Shown here: piece after piece, positions 1-13,089 of the stretch | Layout of the letters: each line of letters begins with the position of its first letter | Position numbering within the stretch: the stretch's first letter is position 1 | Source: Paraglomus brasilianum | Taxonomy: Eukaryota | Direction of reading: 5' to 3' | Length of the DNA: 44,652 nt | Assembly: GCA_910592345.1 (NCBI GenBank) | Contig: CAJVPI010000184.1 | Location: forward strand, 1 to 44,652 | The notes under the pieces: model-generated | What the model saw: only the letters and a program-made list of their open reading frames with translations | What the model was told of the DNA's origin: nothing | Databases searched by the model: none | Program-made: the position numbers and the translations under genes

Positions 1-8
1 GGCCACAG

Positions 9-142
9 CATGCGACGTTTACCCGTCAGAACCCCGGCCCTGACTTCGGTGGACGCGCCTGTTGTGAACGTTCTTCAGTGTTCTTTGACTATGATATGGT
101 TGCTCATCCATTCTCTTTGTTATTATCAAAGTAGGCTTTTTG
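9..142. repeat. Dispersed direct repeat, copy 1 (copy 2 at ~1383-1552)
   Basis: tttacccg(t/c)cagaaccccggccctgacttcggtggac(g/a)cgcctgttgtgaac(g/a)ttcttcagtg(t/g)tctttgactatgat...tatcaaagtaggctt occurs at both places with indels. Confidence 0.9.
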
Positions 143-1382
143 ACGCACATACGACACTTTACTACAACTTTTGAACAAGTCTTTGAAACGACAACACGAT
201 TTATCGACCACATAGCAGACGAGAGAGGTTGCACAAGAACAAACATCTCGCATGCTTTTTCATTATTAATGTGTACCACACCGAGTATGATGATACTGCG
301 ATAAAAGAAGTTTGGAGCATTGTATTATACGTACGTTTATACTATACTTATTCGGATATTCGACGTCTTTTCAGATATCTTCTCATCTTTGGTCATAAAA
401 TAACACAAAAAATTATTATTATATCTGTTTATACTACTAGGAATTATAATACACAAGGTGTCACCGCCTCGATTTCTATAATCTCGCTCTATACTTGGAA
501 TATTTCTTGCTTTACTCGGTAACACAAATAATCAAGCATGCCTCTTCTCTTAACTACTGATAAAGCGTTTTAACCTTTCTTACTGAAGAGACGTGGCGAC
601 AACCAGAGCCCTAACATAAACGACTAGTATGAGGGTAAGTAGAAGAAAAGGCCTTTAGCCATTATGAAAAGGTTAGATAAACAAGAAGAGTGGTGAGTGA
701 AGTACGTAATAATAAGAGTGGAAGTAAAAACTTAAATAGAGCTTTATTCAATGGACAATAGATCAAAAAACTTGTAGATAAATATTTTTTATTATTTTTA
801 GTCCAGCTATAAACAAAATTACTATGTCAAAGTGTTGCATGCATGGAACTTATATACATAATATTTACTTATCCACAACAACTCCCTCTTTTACAGCTGA
901 AAGCAAAAATATCTCCATCCCGATTGAAACTCACAAAGAAAGACGCTATTATAAACAATACTACATTAACAACTGAAAAAGACCCGCACCGAATACAATA
1001 GCAAGAAAAAGGCATTTTAAACATGAGGTAAGAATTCTTACTGGATATCTGTTGAGTGGTTTGTATCCTAGGTATGCTGCCACTAGGTGTAAAAATCGGA
1101 TTATTTGAAAGCGCATCGGGCCACACCTGTAGATTGTTTAGCTTTTGGGTTATAACATAGTATGCGTATCTGAAGGAACGCTGTCACTAGCAAAGCACAT
1201 AGGGTGTAAAGTAATCAAAACCCTTACCGAAAAAAAGAAATACTTTGTGTTTGGGGGCTTGATTGATCTAAATAATCTACTTGTTGTTAACGTTCGTAAT
1301 CCGTTCCGAAACGCCGACTGTAGCTTATCACGCTCGGACTTGTGGTGAATAGGATACATGGACTACTGAATTGAAAGCGCAT

Positions 1383-1552
1383 CATGGCGAAGTTTACCCG
1401 CCAGAACCCCGGCCCTGACTTCGGTGGACACGCCTGTTGTGAACATTCTTCAGTGGTCTTTGACTATGATGATATGGTCTCACCCATTCTCTCCTCTTTG
1501 TTATCATTAGTAACAAACGGGCTGACATTGCGATATCAAAGTAGGCTTCTTG
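1383..1552. repeat. Dispersed direct repeat, copy 2 of 9-142
   Basis: Same sequence as 9-142, with a ~25-bp extra segment before atcaaagtaggctt. Confidence 0.9.
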
Positions 1553-1799
1553 AACCAAGATCGCTATATGTCATCAGACTTGTGTGGCGATGACGTATCT
1601 CTCCCTAGATTTCTGCACAGCTCGACAGTAACGTTTTTGAGGTCTTTACTAGGCACACATAGGTGGCTCCTCGACTGAGTTTTTTTCCAATATTAAGTTG
1701 ATGTATTTGTGTAGGGTTTGAAATTACTACTGCTGTCAGGAGGGGTTGATACTCTCAGTTTTTTCCGGAGCTTCCATTAACAAACTGTATAGTAATGCC

Positions 1800-2335
1800 C
1801 TTTTCTGAGGCGGATGATAGTGTGGGGGATGAGAAAGATGTGGTGGTATATGTACTCAAAGTTGTGTAATTCAATACAGAGTTTGTTTTCGTGTAGCGAG
1901 TTTATCCACTATAGATACTTTCGAACTCGGTTTGGTTTTTTTGGTTCAATCGTACATAATTTCGAGGTCAGATAATTTTGTGGACGGACTGCTTCCGGAA
2001 ATGTATTGGCTTTGACAGTAAATATTGCTATATTGTTTTGTACTTGGATTATTGATTTATAGTTCCAATTCGGAGCCAAGGGCATTGATTTGGGCACCTT
2101 CGAGGAAGTATTACATTTAAATGCGTTTATCTACGATAGCTTGTGGGTTGGTAAAAGTGTCATATAGTTTTGGCTATAGAATTTGTATACGTACAGATAT
2201 TAATATTCCGTTTTCACGAACGTCGGTCACTGTGCCGGCGATTTCTACTACATCGTCTGTTTGTGACATGCCAGTCTGAGTTTTCTTTGGGGACATAGAC
2301 TTGCAGATGGCGCGAATCGGTTTGTTTGCAAAATG
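1800..2335 (-). pseudogene. Frameshifted tandem OB-fold (RPA/SSB-like) gene relic, copy A; probably Helitron cargo
   Basis: Joined frames: FANKPIRAICK/VYVPKENSDWH/QTDDVVEIAGTVTDVRENGILIS-[intron 2194-2131 GTACGT..TAG]-INAFKCN...KSIIQVQNNIAIFTVKANT...PSSKVSIVDKLA/LHENKLCIELHNFEYI, then a Ser/Thr-rich tail; homologous to copy B (17930-18390) with the same intron position; OB-fold call from beta-strand pattern. Confidence 0.7.
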
Positions 2336-2369
2336 CCATCTGCTTAAAGCAAAACAGTTTCAGTCTTAA

Positions 2370-2620
2370 ATTTTTCTTTAACGTCCTATAAGTGGATGGC
2401 GGGTGAGCATTGTTAACTTATAGGTTGTTGATATGGGAAGGAACAGGACATATTTGGGTTTTGTATTGTGTATAAGGAGATTGGGCAATTTAATGTTCAA
2501 TTTGTAGGGAGATGGTGTTGGTTTTATACCCTTTTTAATGTATTTTTTTTTACATATCCAACGATATGGAAGACAAGCATGAGATATGCCAGATACTGCT
2601 CTAAGTCTCTGGTTATTCAC
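2370..2620 (-). mobile_element. Possible highly decayed Helitron Rep N-terminal relic upstream of OB copy A
   Basis: Fragments CPVPSHINNL and NAHPPSTYRTL resemble recalled fungal Helitron Rep N-terminal motifs; same position relative to the OB gene as at locus 17433-18640. Confidence 0.35.
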
Positions 2621-3426
2621 CTTATACCAATAAACTTTTGTGTTTCTGAATAGTTATTTCTTGATGGTATTGAGGTATCTGGCTGTCCAACACAAGCTTT
2701 TTAGAGGCAAACTGTCTTGAAATTGTCATATAAGACACCTTTGTGATATTGTTTGTCAATTTAATTGTCTCATCTTACAACACAAACATTGATCTAAGGC
2801 TTTCTTGTAACTTCTTGGGATGACCACTCACTCACTTTCCTCCCTTTTTTTTAAAGATTATAACAGATAGTTGATATTGTGATGCCAGCCAAACACACAA
2901 TTGTAATATGGTTTGTTTTGAGTGTTATCATTAAAAGTAATATCTCAACAACGTCTATTTACAGTTTGATGTGTGCGAAACACACACTGTATGTTATATA
3001 TTGCTACGATTCTCTATATTATATATTATTCTGATCTGACATACAACATATGCGTATTCCAATCAAATAAGTATATTATCTCAATTCTGCTACGAAAATA
3101 ATGATAACATTATAATAGTTAATATTAACTGATCGGGTTGGAAAAGCTGTATATGCTTACATGCAGGTAGTCGGTCAAGCTTGCCTTTCAAGTTATGTAT
3201 TAGAACATGCAAATACTATAAGTTTCGGTTATGTACGCATTCCGTAGAATAAATGAACAGAATTATGTGTTACGTAGCACGACATACTCTCCTAATCAAT
3301 AAAAGCGAAGCAAACAAATGATACTGCAGTATAAGCACAAACCAGTTTTATAACATATTCAAATACCCATTTACGGAAATCGAAAACTCAAACACCCTGC
3401 TACTGATTTAGTGAGTTCTACTCCCA

Positions 3427-6400
3427 ATGACCACCAACAATGTATCAAACAGTTTTTCCAACACAAGTGCTACTAGCAGTTTTCCTGCATCAATGCCAAA
3501 TAACATTGTAGATCAAGGTAGTTTTCCCAAAATCATACTCAAATTAATGGAACAAGGGCATACTTCAGCTGATGCACAAATAAGAGAATTGGTAAGAGAC
3601 ATTCAATATTCGGAGAACATCTATGCACTCAAGTACATTCTTGAACATAAAGGGGCTTCTGTGTCAGTAGAGGTCCTACAAGTGGCTATGAAGAGCCTTT
3701 ATTGTGTTACCCAAGAAACTGATGAAGTATTTTCAAAAGAAACGACTATTAAATTAGAATGGCTGCTACGAACTATTATAGTTATATTGGAACAAATGTG
3801 CCAGCATGGGTGTCAATTTACATGTCAGTTTCTTGATGGCATTAGAAAAGCCATGTCTGTGTACAAAAAGATGGATGAAAAGGCTATACAAGTTGGCAGA
3901 GAAATTTGGAAACCAAATTGTGCAGAATTTAATAAACTTAATGGAGATGTCAGCTATAGTTGCAATTACAATAATAAATATCTTTTTAGAATTATTAAGA
4001 ACACATTAAACAGTCTTTGTGGTGATAGAAATGCACAGCAGACAAATGCTGATCGAGCAGTTGCAGCATTGAAAGCCTTACTTGTTTCTGTACCCACTTT
4101 AGTTAAAATTGGAATTAAAATGACTACAGGAGTTGATGTTCCTTTTGGTGATTTTGATTTGGAGAGATCATGGAAATATCTAGCAGAAGCATTTCATGTT
4201 GAACCGTCAGGGAAGCCATGGTATACAACTTGGAGAAGGCTTATTATATTACAAGACTGTCTGGACAAATGGTACCAACAAGAAGAGTCTACTATTTCAA
4301 CAAGTTTCAAAGAGAGAGTTTTTCTTGAATATCTCTGGTATCATGTTAGTTTATGTTATTCTGATGACACAGAGAATCAAAATATTAGTGATACACTTTG
4401 GTTTGGTATTTTAGATATCATCCAACAGCTTGTCCAAACAACATCTTCTATGACTACACAGGCTATTTGTTATTACATAGCATTAGACTCATTGAACAAT
4501 GCAGCTAGTGAATTTATTCAATTTAAATCAATTGAAGTCTTATTGAGTCTTGAAGCTAATAATAGTAAACTATTTGTTACTACCCCTAATGATATTGCTG
4601 CTTGTGATGATGAATATATACCAAGGCTGGTAGGAATTTACTATTATTTGAAAGAAAAATCAGAAGTTGAATCAAAAATGCTTTTGAGGTACTTACCAGA
4701 TAAGCTAGATATAGAGGCAAGTACTCTAGATAAGAAAGGGAAGGGAAGTGATAAAGATATGCATGATTATGATGAGAGAACCCCAATTGACTATATTGCA
4801 GAAGATCTGACATGCACAATTACTTGTGAAGCAGTTGGTGATATGTACCAGCTCAACTGCCAACATTTTGTTAGTTCCAAGGTTCTCATATCATTAAAGA
4901 GACTAGAATGTCCTTACTGCAGAAGTCAGATTAGAAAGAATGAAGTGTACTATTTACCACAGCAAACAATATACAACAACATTCAATATTGTACTGATTA
5001 TCAAGATGAACATGATTTTTATGATGGCAACAATATGGTTACAGAAATAATTGATGATCATGTTGATATTAAAAGGCAGAAGAAGAAAAACAGTAAAAGA
5101 AAGATTAATTCTGGATCCACTTGGAATTCAATCTGGAAGACATTAACTGCACCAAACATAAACAAATTACATTATAAGGCTAAAAGTGCATACAACAATA
5201 ATAACTTGGAAAGTGCCTTGGATATCTACACACAAATATTACAAAATAGTCCCACAAATTATGTTGCACTGTGTAATAGAGCAGCCATCAAGTTAAGGAT
5301 GAAACATTTTGAAAAAGCTTTGTTTGATATTGAAACAGCAATTAATGCAAACAAAGTTTATGAACATGCTTGGTATTTGAGCTTAATGGCACATCTGGAA
5401 CTTGGTGATAAGGAAAAAGTTGCAGAAGATATTAAGCACATTTATAGAATCTATGGGCGGGACTTTGCTTTTGATTTGATCTATGAATTTGTAAACAAAC
5501 TTGAACATTTTGATGCTGAATGGTTTAAAGTTCTTGTGGATTCTTACCCTGTCAAAGCATTATATATCTTAAATGACATTAAACAATGGCAAGCATTGTG
5601 TCAGCAGCAGTTTGGAACAGATGGACATGATGGATGGTACAATTCTGCTGTAGCTTGGTATAACAAGTATAGCAACACATTACAAGTTTTTACAAGAAAA
5701 GGAAAAGAAAAAGTTTACTATATGCAAAGAAGTAAGTAAATATCTGGGGGGTTTTTTTCTCATTCATGCACACTAAATTATTTATATTGTTAGGTTATCT
5801 GAAAGCACATTTTGCTTTTGAGAGCTGTACTGAAAATCTAAATAATGTTTACTCTCAGTATGTAAAGTTTGTCCATTGTTTTTGCTCTTAGTATTAGTTA
5901 TAGTGTTATTACTAACATTTATCATCTAATAGTAATACGAAATATGCAAGCCTTTACAAGAATAATAAGGTACATTTTACAATGATATGATAATTATTGT
6001 TAAACCATATATTATTTTAGAGTATTAACTAATAAGAATCATTATTGTATTAGTTAACAATACCCATATTTCAAGTACCTCCAAGTAAATACAAACTTAG
6101 CTTGTTGTTGCTTTATAAGGATTCTATAACAGCAACAAAATTAACAATTTTAGTAAGTATGTTATGTGTTATTTATTCAGACCAAGTTGTATTATTAAAC
6201 AAGCATTTAAATTGGTAGATACAGACATCGACGACAAAGGCAATACAATATCAAATGAATGTTAAAACTAGGGTCTACGCTGAATACATTTTACCATGTG
6301 TAATTAACATTCCGTCTGAAGATGATGTTACTATGGAATTTTCTACCAGTGATGTTGGGGTATGATTCAAATTTATACATTGATTTAGAATAACCTCTTT

Positions 6401-6583
6401 TTTTATTCTGACTTGACTTTATTTTAGTCCCGCGTGCGTCTTTATTGGGTTTGTTTGTATACGGAAGAAGAGTTAGAGACTGTGGAAAATAATGTAAAAG
6501 TTGAAACTCTATCAACTGGTGTCAAAATAATTGACTATGACCAATTTTATTATCGGAACAAATATTTCATAGTCGATAATTAG
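3427..6583 (+). CDS. Helical (ARM-like) N-domain + RING/U-box-like finger + TPR + C-terminal beta-sandwich; putative E3 ubiquitin ligase. Exons 3427-5731, 5794-5857, 5933-5969, 6054-6152, 6219-6359, 6428-6583
   Basis: 770-aa ORF contains LTCTITCE..LNCQHFVS..LECPYCRSQI and TPRs (KAKSAYNNNNLESALDIYTQILQNSPTNYVALCNRAAIKLRMKHFEKALFD). Five GT..AG introns keep the frame open through SYLKAHFAF..HNTKYASLYKNNK..LTIPIFQVPPSKYKLSLLL..EYILPCVINIPSEDDVTMEFS..SRVRLYWVCL.. to TAG at 6581-6583. Confidence 0.8.
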
Positions 6584-9100
6584 AAGATATATAAGTGAGC
6601 AATTGGTCATGTCATCTACAGTATACGGTATATTTATTTAGAATGTTGGAATCTAATATGGGCAACTTTTGAAATTACCAAATATAGACAATTCAAAAAA
6701 AAAAAAACTCACAAACCATATGATAAAAATAATTGGAAAAGAGGTTGAATATTTACACAGATATTCTCACGAAGTATAAGGCTCTATCTGTAGTGCATTT
6801 ATCAAGTTAGATATAAATAGTTTTGAAAAGCTTGTTTAATATTGAGACAGTGTCGATACACGTGAGAGAGCGATCGTATACCGGCCTTGAGATTTAACTC
6901 TTCTAACGAGACCTCCATTAATGTTAAACCTGTAAATGACGATTAGTGATCATAACGTTGGTTTTCAAATTACTCACGATGCTTGATCAGTCTCGTATAC
7001 GCTGTCGCTAGATATTATTTAACCTCGAGTTCTTACGTCAACTTTTTTGATAAAATTAATTTCAAAAGCCTATAGGTCGGGGAAGTTATTCTACGAGAAA
7101 CGCGTCTATCAGGAGTTAAATAATATTCCTAGTGTCAAAATTTTTGCGAATCGATGGCAAGATCGGCTCCGTTTACTATCGATGCGGGAAAACGGTTTAC
7201 ACTTTTACCGACAATAAGGTAAATTTACCAGGGAATTATAATTAGAATATAGAGAACTATTCGGAATGTACGTGGGAATTATAAGAATGATATCGAAATT
7301 AAAGAATTAAACAATGCTAAAGATTAAGGAAATTACGACCACTTATAACTATCCTATCTATTGTTGATTAATCGGAAAGTTCGCTGCTGTGAAAATTTTA
7401 CTAAAGTAGACAACGTGACTATGTGTGTAACTGACACAAATTCCGCACGCAAGCGTTTGTGCGTTTGATATCGTATCCATTGTGCAACTTGTGCCGCTGA
7501 TTGACCGCTGAAGTCATCTTTGCACTTGGCATAAGTGGAACTGATGAATAGACGCTTGTGCCTTGGGAATAAGAAAAAGGCTGAACAAGATGTTATACTT
7601 ATTTAGGCAAAACGATGCATCTATGAGCACTTTAATGTACTATACCATAAAAATATACTTGCAAAGTTTCATGTTTCTTTGATTGTTTTTGTTGCACGAC
7701 TAAAAAATTTTATTCCAAAACTTTTGTACGCACTGCAATTTGATGAAACAACTACCAAGAAAATAATAACGAATTTTTAATTATCAAATATTGACTTTTT
7801 TTTAAACAAAGCTTATGCAAAGAAAATACAATGGCATATGGCGACATGATTCTGACTTTACCGCTCATTAACAAATCCGACGACGTTGGGTGACATGGCA
7901 ACACGTTTAATTATCTGACTGATATTTTCGTTAATGCAGACTATTTGTTAAAACAGCTTATGTTATAAATACAGATGAACTCGTTTGTTCAGAAAAAAGC
8001 TTTGTTATAAGACCATCTTTGTTCCATATTCCACTGTGTAGTTTGATGCTGAGGAATAAATTAGCTAATTTATATAAAGTTTAATATGTACTATGGTTGT
8101 ATTGCCTCCGACAGAAACTTTGTATGTTATCCAATAAATAATTGCGATAGCCGTATGACATTCAATTGCTTTATCTATTCGCTTGAGTACTAATTTCAAT
8201 ATGCAACCGAGCACATTAAACACAATGGCTTGCCGTGAATCACTTGAGTAACGTGAGAAACAAACCGACGAAATAGGCATTTGTTTTCCGGATGTAAGCA
8301 TACTTATTTGACCATTACACAATTGCTAAATTGTCTATGCCTGCCTTTCTTGTTGTTCTATTTTAAATTTTGTTGATGTACTTGACCATACACGGTAAAT
8401 TCACAACTAGGTCAACTATCCTGTACTAAGCCAGATATGGAAGTTGTTCAATGGAATGCATATTTATTTATATCGGCGTAAAAGGAATAAACGCAAACGT
8501 ACGCAAACGTACTTTTTTTTATGAACGTAAGAACAATGTAATTACAACTGCACAAATTATGTCTAGGGTAACAGTAATGTACATTGACATTGTTTCTATA
8601 AACATTGCTGTTAAAATACTACTAACAAAAACACTAGTACCCCTATCTATACGAGTTCTGTCATCGCTATACGTATTGCGAACGATAAATAATATCTCAA
8701 CAAGTCTATATCATAGTCGCTATATATTGGTATACTGTGTACGGTATGTGCAACAAATCAAGGGTTATCCCTTAGGCATGCTTTTAAGCTCGCTCGTATA
8801 TTGTTGCACAATCTTGTCAAACAAATAAACCCGAGTACAGCTTTGGCTCCTTCTTTCGATCTAAACAAAGATTAGGGGGCGATATTAATATACACCTTGT
8901 GGTTTCAAGAGCACTTTGTACAACAATAGCAAGAATAACCACACGAAAGGCTTGGATAGGCAATTGACAGTATATATAAAGATTACTTTTGACGTCCCTT
9001 TGGAAATTATCCTAACTAACAAAGTTAAACTTTTTAAGTTTAACTGGCTTGACACTTGATTTACGGCACAAGCAGTAATATCTCAGAGACTTTTTATAGA

Positions 9101-9736
9101 ATGGCAACGTATTCGCCTCCAAACACTGGTTATTATGACCCTAACTCAAACGGTTCTTCCAATAAACCGACCGTGGTTAAACTTGACAAACCTGCAGTTC
9201 ACTCGACCATGGCTGAACTTAACAAACCTGCAGTTCACCCGACCATGGTTGAATTTAACAAACCTGCAGCAGTTCACCCGACCATGGTTGAATTTAACAA
9301 ACCTGTAGTTCATCCGACCAATCCGCAGGCGACGGTTGTTCCTGTATATAACAATTTCCCAGGCGCTAATTCCCAGGCGGTTGATCCTGTATATAACAAT
9401 TTTCTCCCAGGCGCTAATTCCCAGGCGGTTGATCCTGCAACGGGAATACCATACATGGTTGTAACAACGCGAAGAGAAGGATGCACATGCAGTTGGGAAA
9501 TGGCTGTCTCAATAGCTGCTATTCTGCTAATTTTGGTCGGAAGTGTACTGTTGGGCGTTGGACTATCAAATTGCGCTTACTATTGTTATCTGGAAGATTA
9601 TAACATGTATTGTTCTGGTATTGCGCTTTTGTGTATAGGAATTGTTATGGGTATAAGTGTCATAGTTGCATTTTTGGTTCGTCGCAATCGGGTAACCACC
9701 ACAACTATGCAGCCGTTTCGACAATATCAACCATAG
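9101..9736 (+). CDS. Two-TM membrane protein (211 aa) with Pro-rich tandem-repeat N-terminus and short Cys/Tyr-rich loop
   Basis: ATG at 9101 (MATYSPPN..); hydrophobic helices VSIAAILLILVGSVLLGVGL and GIALLCIGIVMGISVIVAFLV flank CAYYCYLEDYNMYC; TATA-like tatatataaa at ~8971. Confidence 0.8.
   Translation: MATYSPPNTGYYDPNSNGSSNKPTVVKLDKPAVHSTMAELNKPAVHPTMVEFNKPAAVHPTMVEFNKPVVHPTNPQATVVPVYNNFPGANSQAVDPVYNNFLPGANSQAVDPATGIPYMVVTTRREGCTCSWEMAVSIAAILLILVGSVLLGVGLSNCAYYCYLEDYNMYCSGIALLCIGIVMGISVIVAFLVRRNRVTTTTMQPFRQYQP
9167..9437 (+). repeat. Coding tandem repeats: ~4 x 36 bp (KPAVHPTMVEFN) then ~2.5 x 45 bp (QAVDPVYNNFPGANS)
   Basis: Visible in DNA (aacaaacctgcagttcacccgaccatggttgaattt; caggcggttgatcctgtatataacaattt..ccaggcgctaattcc) and in the translation. 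Confidence 0.9.
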
Positions 9737-12462
9737 TTAACTGTGAATTTATGTTAGAGAGCTTGTTAAAATCCTACATTTATACTATGTTCAAAAGTAC
9801 ATTGCTTTAAATGCATAAATTGGAAGGAGAATAGAATGGAAACGAATTTTAATAATTTTGATTTGATAATGTAAACAATACTATTTGACAAATACTATGT
9901 AATTTTATATCTCCTTTGCGTGAATGAGTATAATTAGTATGATGTGATGTTAATATTTTGTATTTAAACTACTCTATTAAACTTATTCGCTTTGCTTTCT
10001 ACTTGGAAAAAACATGAATGAATATACACAAGTCGACTAACCCAAAAAGGCATCAACTGATGATTGACATTCAGATTACTCGACATGCCTATCCACTAAA
10101 TTGACTTACTTCTTCTATCTACTATTTATTTACGCCTCATATCGATTGTTATACAGTACAACATCCGTATATAAATAACAGAGTTTATGGATGGTAAACA
10201 GGTTATTTTATCTTATCGTATTGTTGGTAAAATATTGTTCGAATGAAAAGTTATCGAATAGCATCCATCAAACATAAACTTAATTCAAAACTCTTGCACG
10301 TTCGAATCAATTCTGTGTTTGTGTTATGTGAGTTGATGCACAAAGATGTTGAATGGGACATCTCTTTCATGCGGTTGTCAAGCCACTTATTACACACAAA
10401 AGTTTTCCTTTTCCTCTACGAGTACAGTGCCATTTTTGAGTTAGTCTGCTTCTATTAATACCAATTTAACGGAGTAAAATAAAAATAGACAAAAGTTTAT
10501 ACAAAATGAAATGAAACAACATCAAAGATAATCTTGCTAACGACTCTAGGTGTATTCCTTCCGTATTGCTTCTAAATAAATGTTTGACATGGCTCGATAG
10601 TACATTTTATCTCAACAAAAACGGTTCAGGATCTCCGGACTTATGTTTTCAAATTTTAATATTCTCAAATGGTACGAAACCCGCGTACAATAAATACAAA
10701 GTCATGGGAACAAAAGTGTTGTCATACCGACTTTCGGAAAGTCATAATAATAATGCCTCATACTAATACACTAATTATGAACAACTTTTGAATGAACAAA
10801 CAATATATTGATTGACATATTTATTCTTACAGAAACAAATTGTTTCATGTAAGCGCCTAATATCCAAATGAGGACAATGATTACTGTGTGCTAAAAATAA
10901 TCTTTCGATGTAACGTCTAACGTGTGCGTTTCTAGAATTCTACACCCATATATCAATCTTGTACAATGACTATGGATTTTGCACACCGTGTACTAACGCT
11001 TGGGATTTTCCGACTGTATGACACGACTGATGTATTAGATACTTTAAAGGAATAGTACGTTTCTATGTTTAGCGTGCTTTTCTTACCTTTATGTGTTACC
11101 TTTAATATAGTCAATATATCGATTTCCTATATGTAGTGTTTCTCCGTTTTTGGTCATCCTTATTAAGACAACGCTCCCGCTAACCTCTATCATTACAGTT
11201 CTAATTACCCTGTGTGGCATTTTTTGTTTCTTCGCCCTCCCACTCTTGCAGGTAAAATGATTGAATATTCTTTCAATTTCGTTTATTTGATTTTCTGATT
11301 TTATTATAATAACTGTATGTCTTAGATTTTGTTTAAAGTAGTATCTATCTTTATTATTGCTTCGAATAGCGTAATTGAATTCAACTATGTAATCGATAAT
11401 GAATTTCATACGAGTAATAAACAAACTACTTCACAATGCATCATTAGTCGAAAACTCGCAGAAAACTATGTAGTGAACTCAATCTCACTTTGTATCAGCC
11501 TTCTCTCTGTCTGTGCAATAACGTCATCGTATGAAATCGAGTCGAAAACCATGAATGATGACACCATCTAGCTAGCTGGCAAGTTGTCGTTCATTTGCCA
11601 CTCCCACGCATTATCGTGCTGATAGACTGAAACAATCTGTTTGACCAGCTTAGGGCTATGGTAGCTGGAAAAAGTGAAAAGGCATTTTATGTCTGTAGAC
11701 AATAAGCCATATTAATATACTGTACACATATATAAAGTCTTCTATATATTGTAAATCTTAAAAAACGGTATTGATTACTCTCTAATGCTTCGGCGCTGAA
11801 ATTGATTATGTTGATTTTCCCAAAAATTCGGGTTCTGTGAAAAAGTAGGTGTTCCACTTAGTTTACGTACATATATCACCTCATCTCTGTATCATGGTAA
11901 ATACTTTCGTGTTCGTTCTGTTATCCGTAGCGTAAAACATTCAATGATAAAATTAGAGACCTCGAAAACTCAATGATAAAATTAGCATAGATCGGCATAC
12001 ACTTGGGGGCAAGCGTTTCAAGAAAGGAGGAGAGAACACAAGACGCTTCTTCAACAACTTATTTTGTTCTATGCGTTCGGATTAATGTAAAACAGACTAA
12101 AATAATGCGTATATCGAAAGCCTTGTACGTTTATTAATTTTTAATAGACCTTGCAAAGCGTCAATCGATAATAATAAAAAGCTTAGTTCTATTTTTTAGT
12201 TCCATTAATTAGTTGACCATTGTTTTTTCACGCTCATTATTTTCGCTGCCCGAGCAGAAAGTGTAGAGGATACAACGTTTCTATGAATAAGTGAACTGAA
12301 CGAGAAAACACAGGTGAATCCTATTTGACAAGTTCTACAAGCTTTACACATATATATTCATATATATTGAAGTAGGGAATTTATTTAAGAAACAAACATA
12401 TAACTAATTTACTTATTGTAAAAAAACCCATCATTTGTTTCTTTCTCATCTATCGATATAAT

Positions 12463-12905
12463 ATGCAACAAATCATCGACGCCACAAAACTCGATAGACG
12501 GTAATCCATACAATCCTACCATAATGGTGGGAGTTTTGGCTACCAGCATGTCTCCATCACCATCGTCACGGCAGGGGTGTTATATGATCAAGGAAATTTC
12601 TATTGTAGTTTTTGCATTGTTACTTGTTATAGGCGGCATTATAATGTTGGAAGAGTCAAAGCCATTATATGAAAATTGTATCGATAATTGTGCCATCGAA
12701 GCTTACAGCGATTATAGCAGCGATTATAGTTCGATATACCATTGTTTAAGAAATGAAAACAATTGGCATTGTTCTTTTGGTTGTTGGAGCAATCTTGCTT
12801 ATTGGGAGATGGAGTTTTCACATATTATCAAGTTCATCAAAAGCGAATGCGGCAAGAGGAACGCGCGTCTGTCCCTTCAATCTGGGGAATGTTATTTTAA
12901 TATAA
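12463..12905 (+). pseudogene. Frameshifted paralog of the 9101-9736 two-TM gene
   Basis: GCYMIKEISIVVFALLLVIGGIIML aligns with GCTCSWEMAVSIAAILLILVGSVLL; Cys/Tyr loop; second TM MKTIGIVLLVVGAILLIG is in another frame from 12753; ATG 12463 is also out of frame. Confidence 0.65.
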
Positions 12906-13089
12906 AGTACATTTTCATCGCCATCATTTGTTGCACGAGCATACCTTTTTTTTACATAGTTGATATTCATTCGTTTTTCATGCTCCGATTAACCAACAAA
13001 TACCATTTATCGTAATTATCATATGCTAATACTTGGTACTTGATTGATGCTTGATACTTAACTTTACCCACCCACCACCCAAGCTTGAA

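Noticed and set aside
869..1359. Possible HMG-box relic (RSIKPPNTKYFFF) on the minus strand
   Set aside because: Only one short motif resembles the family; could not extend the alignment
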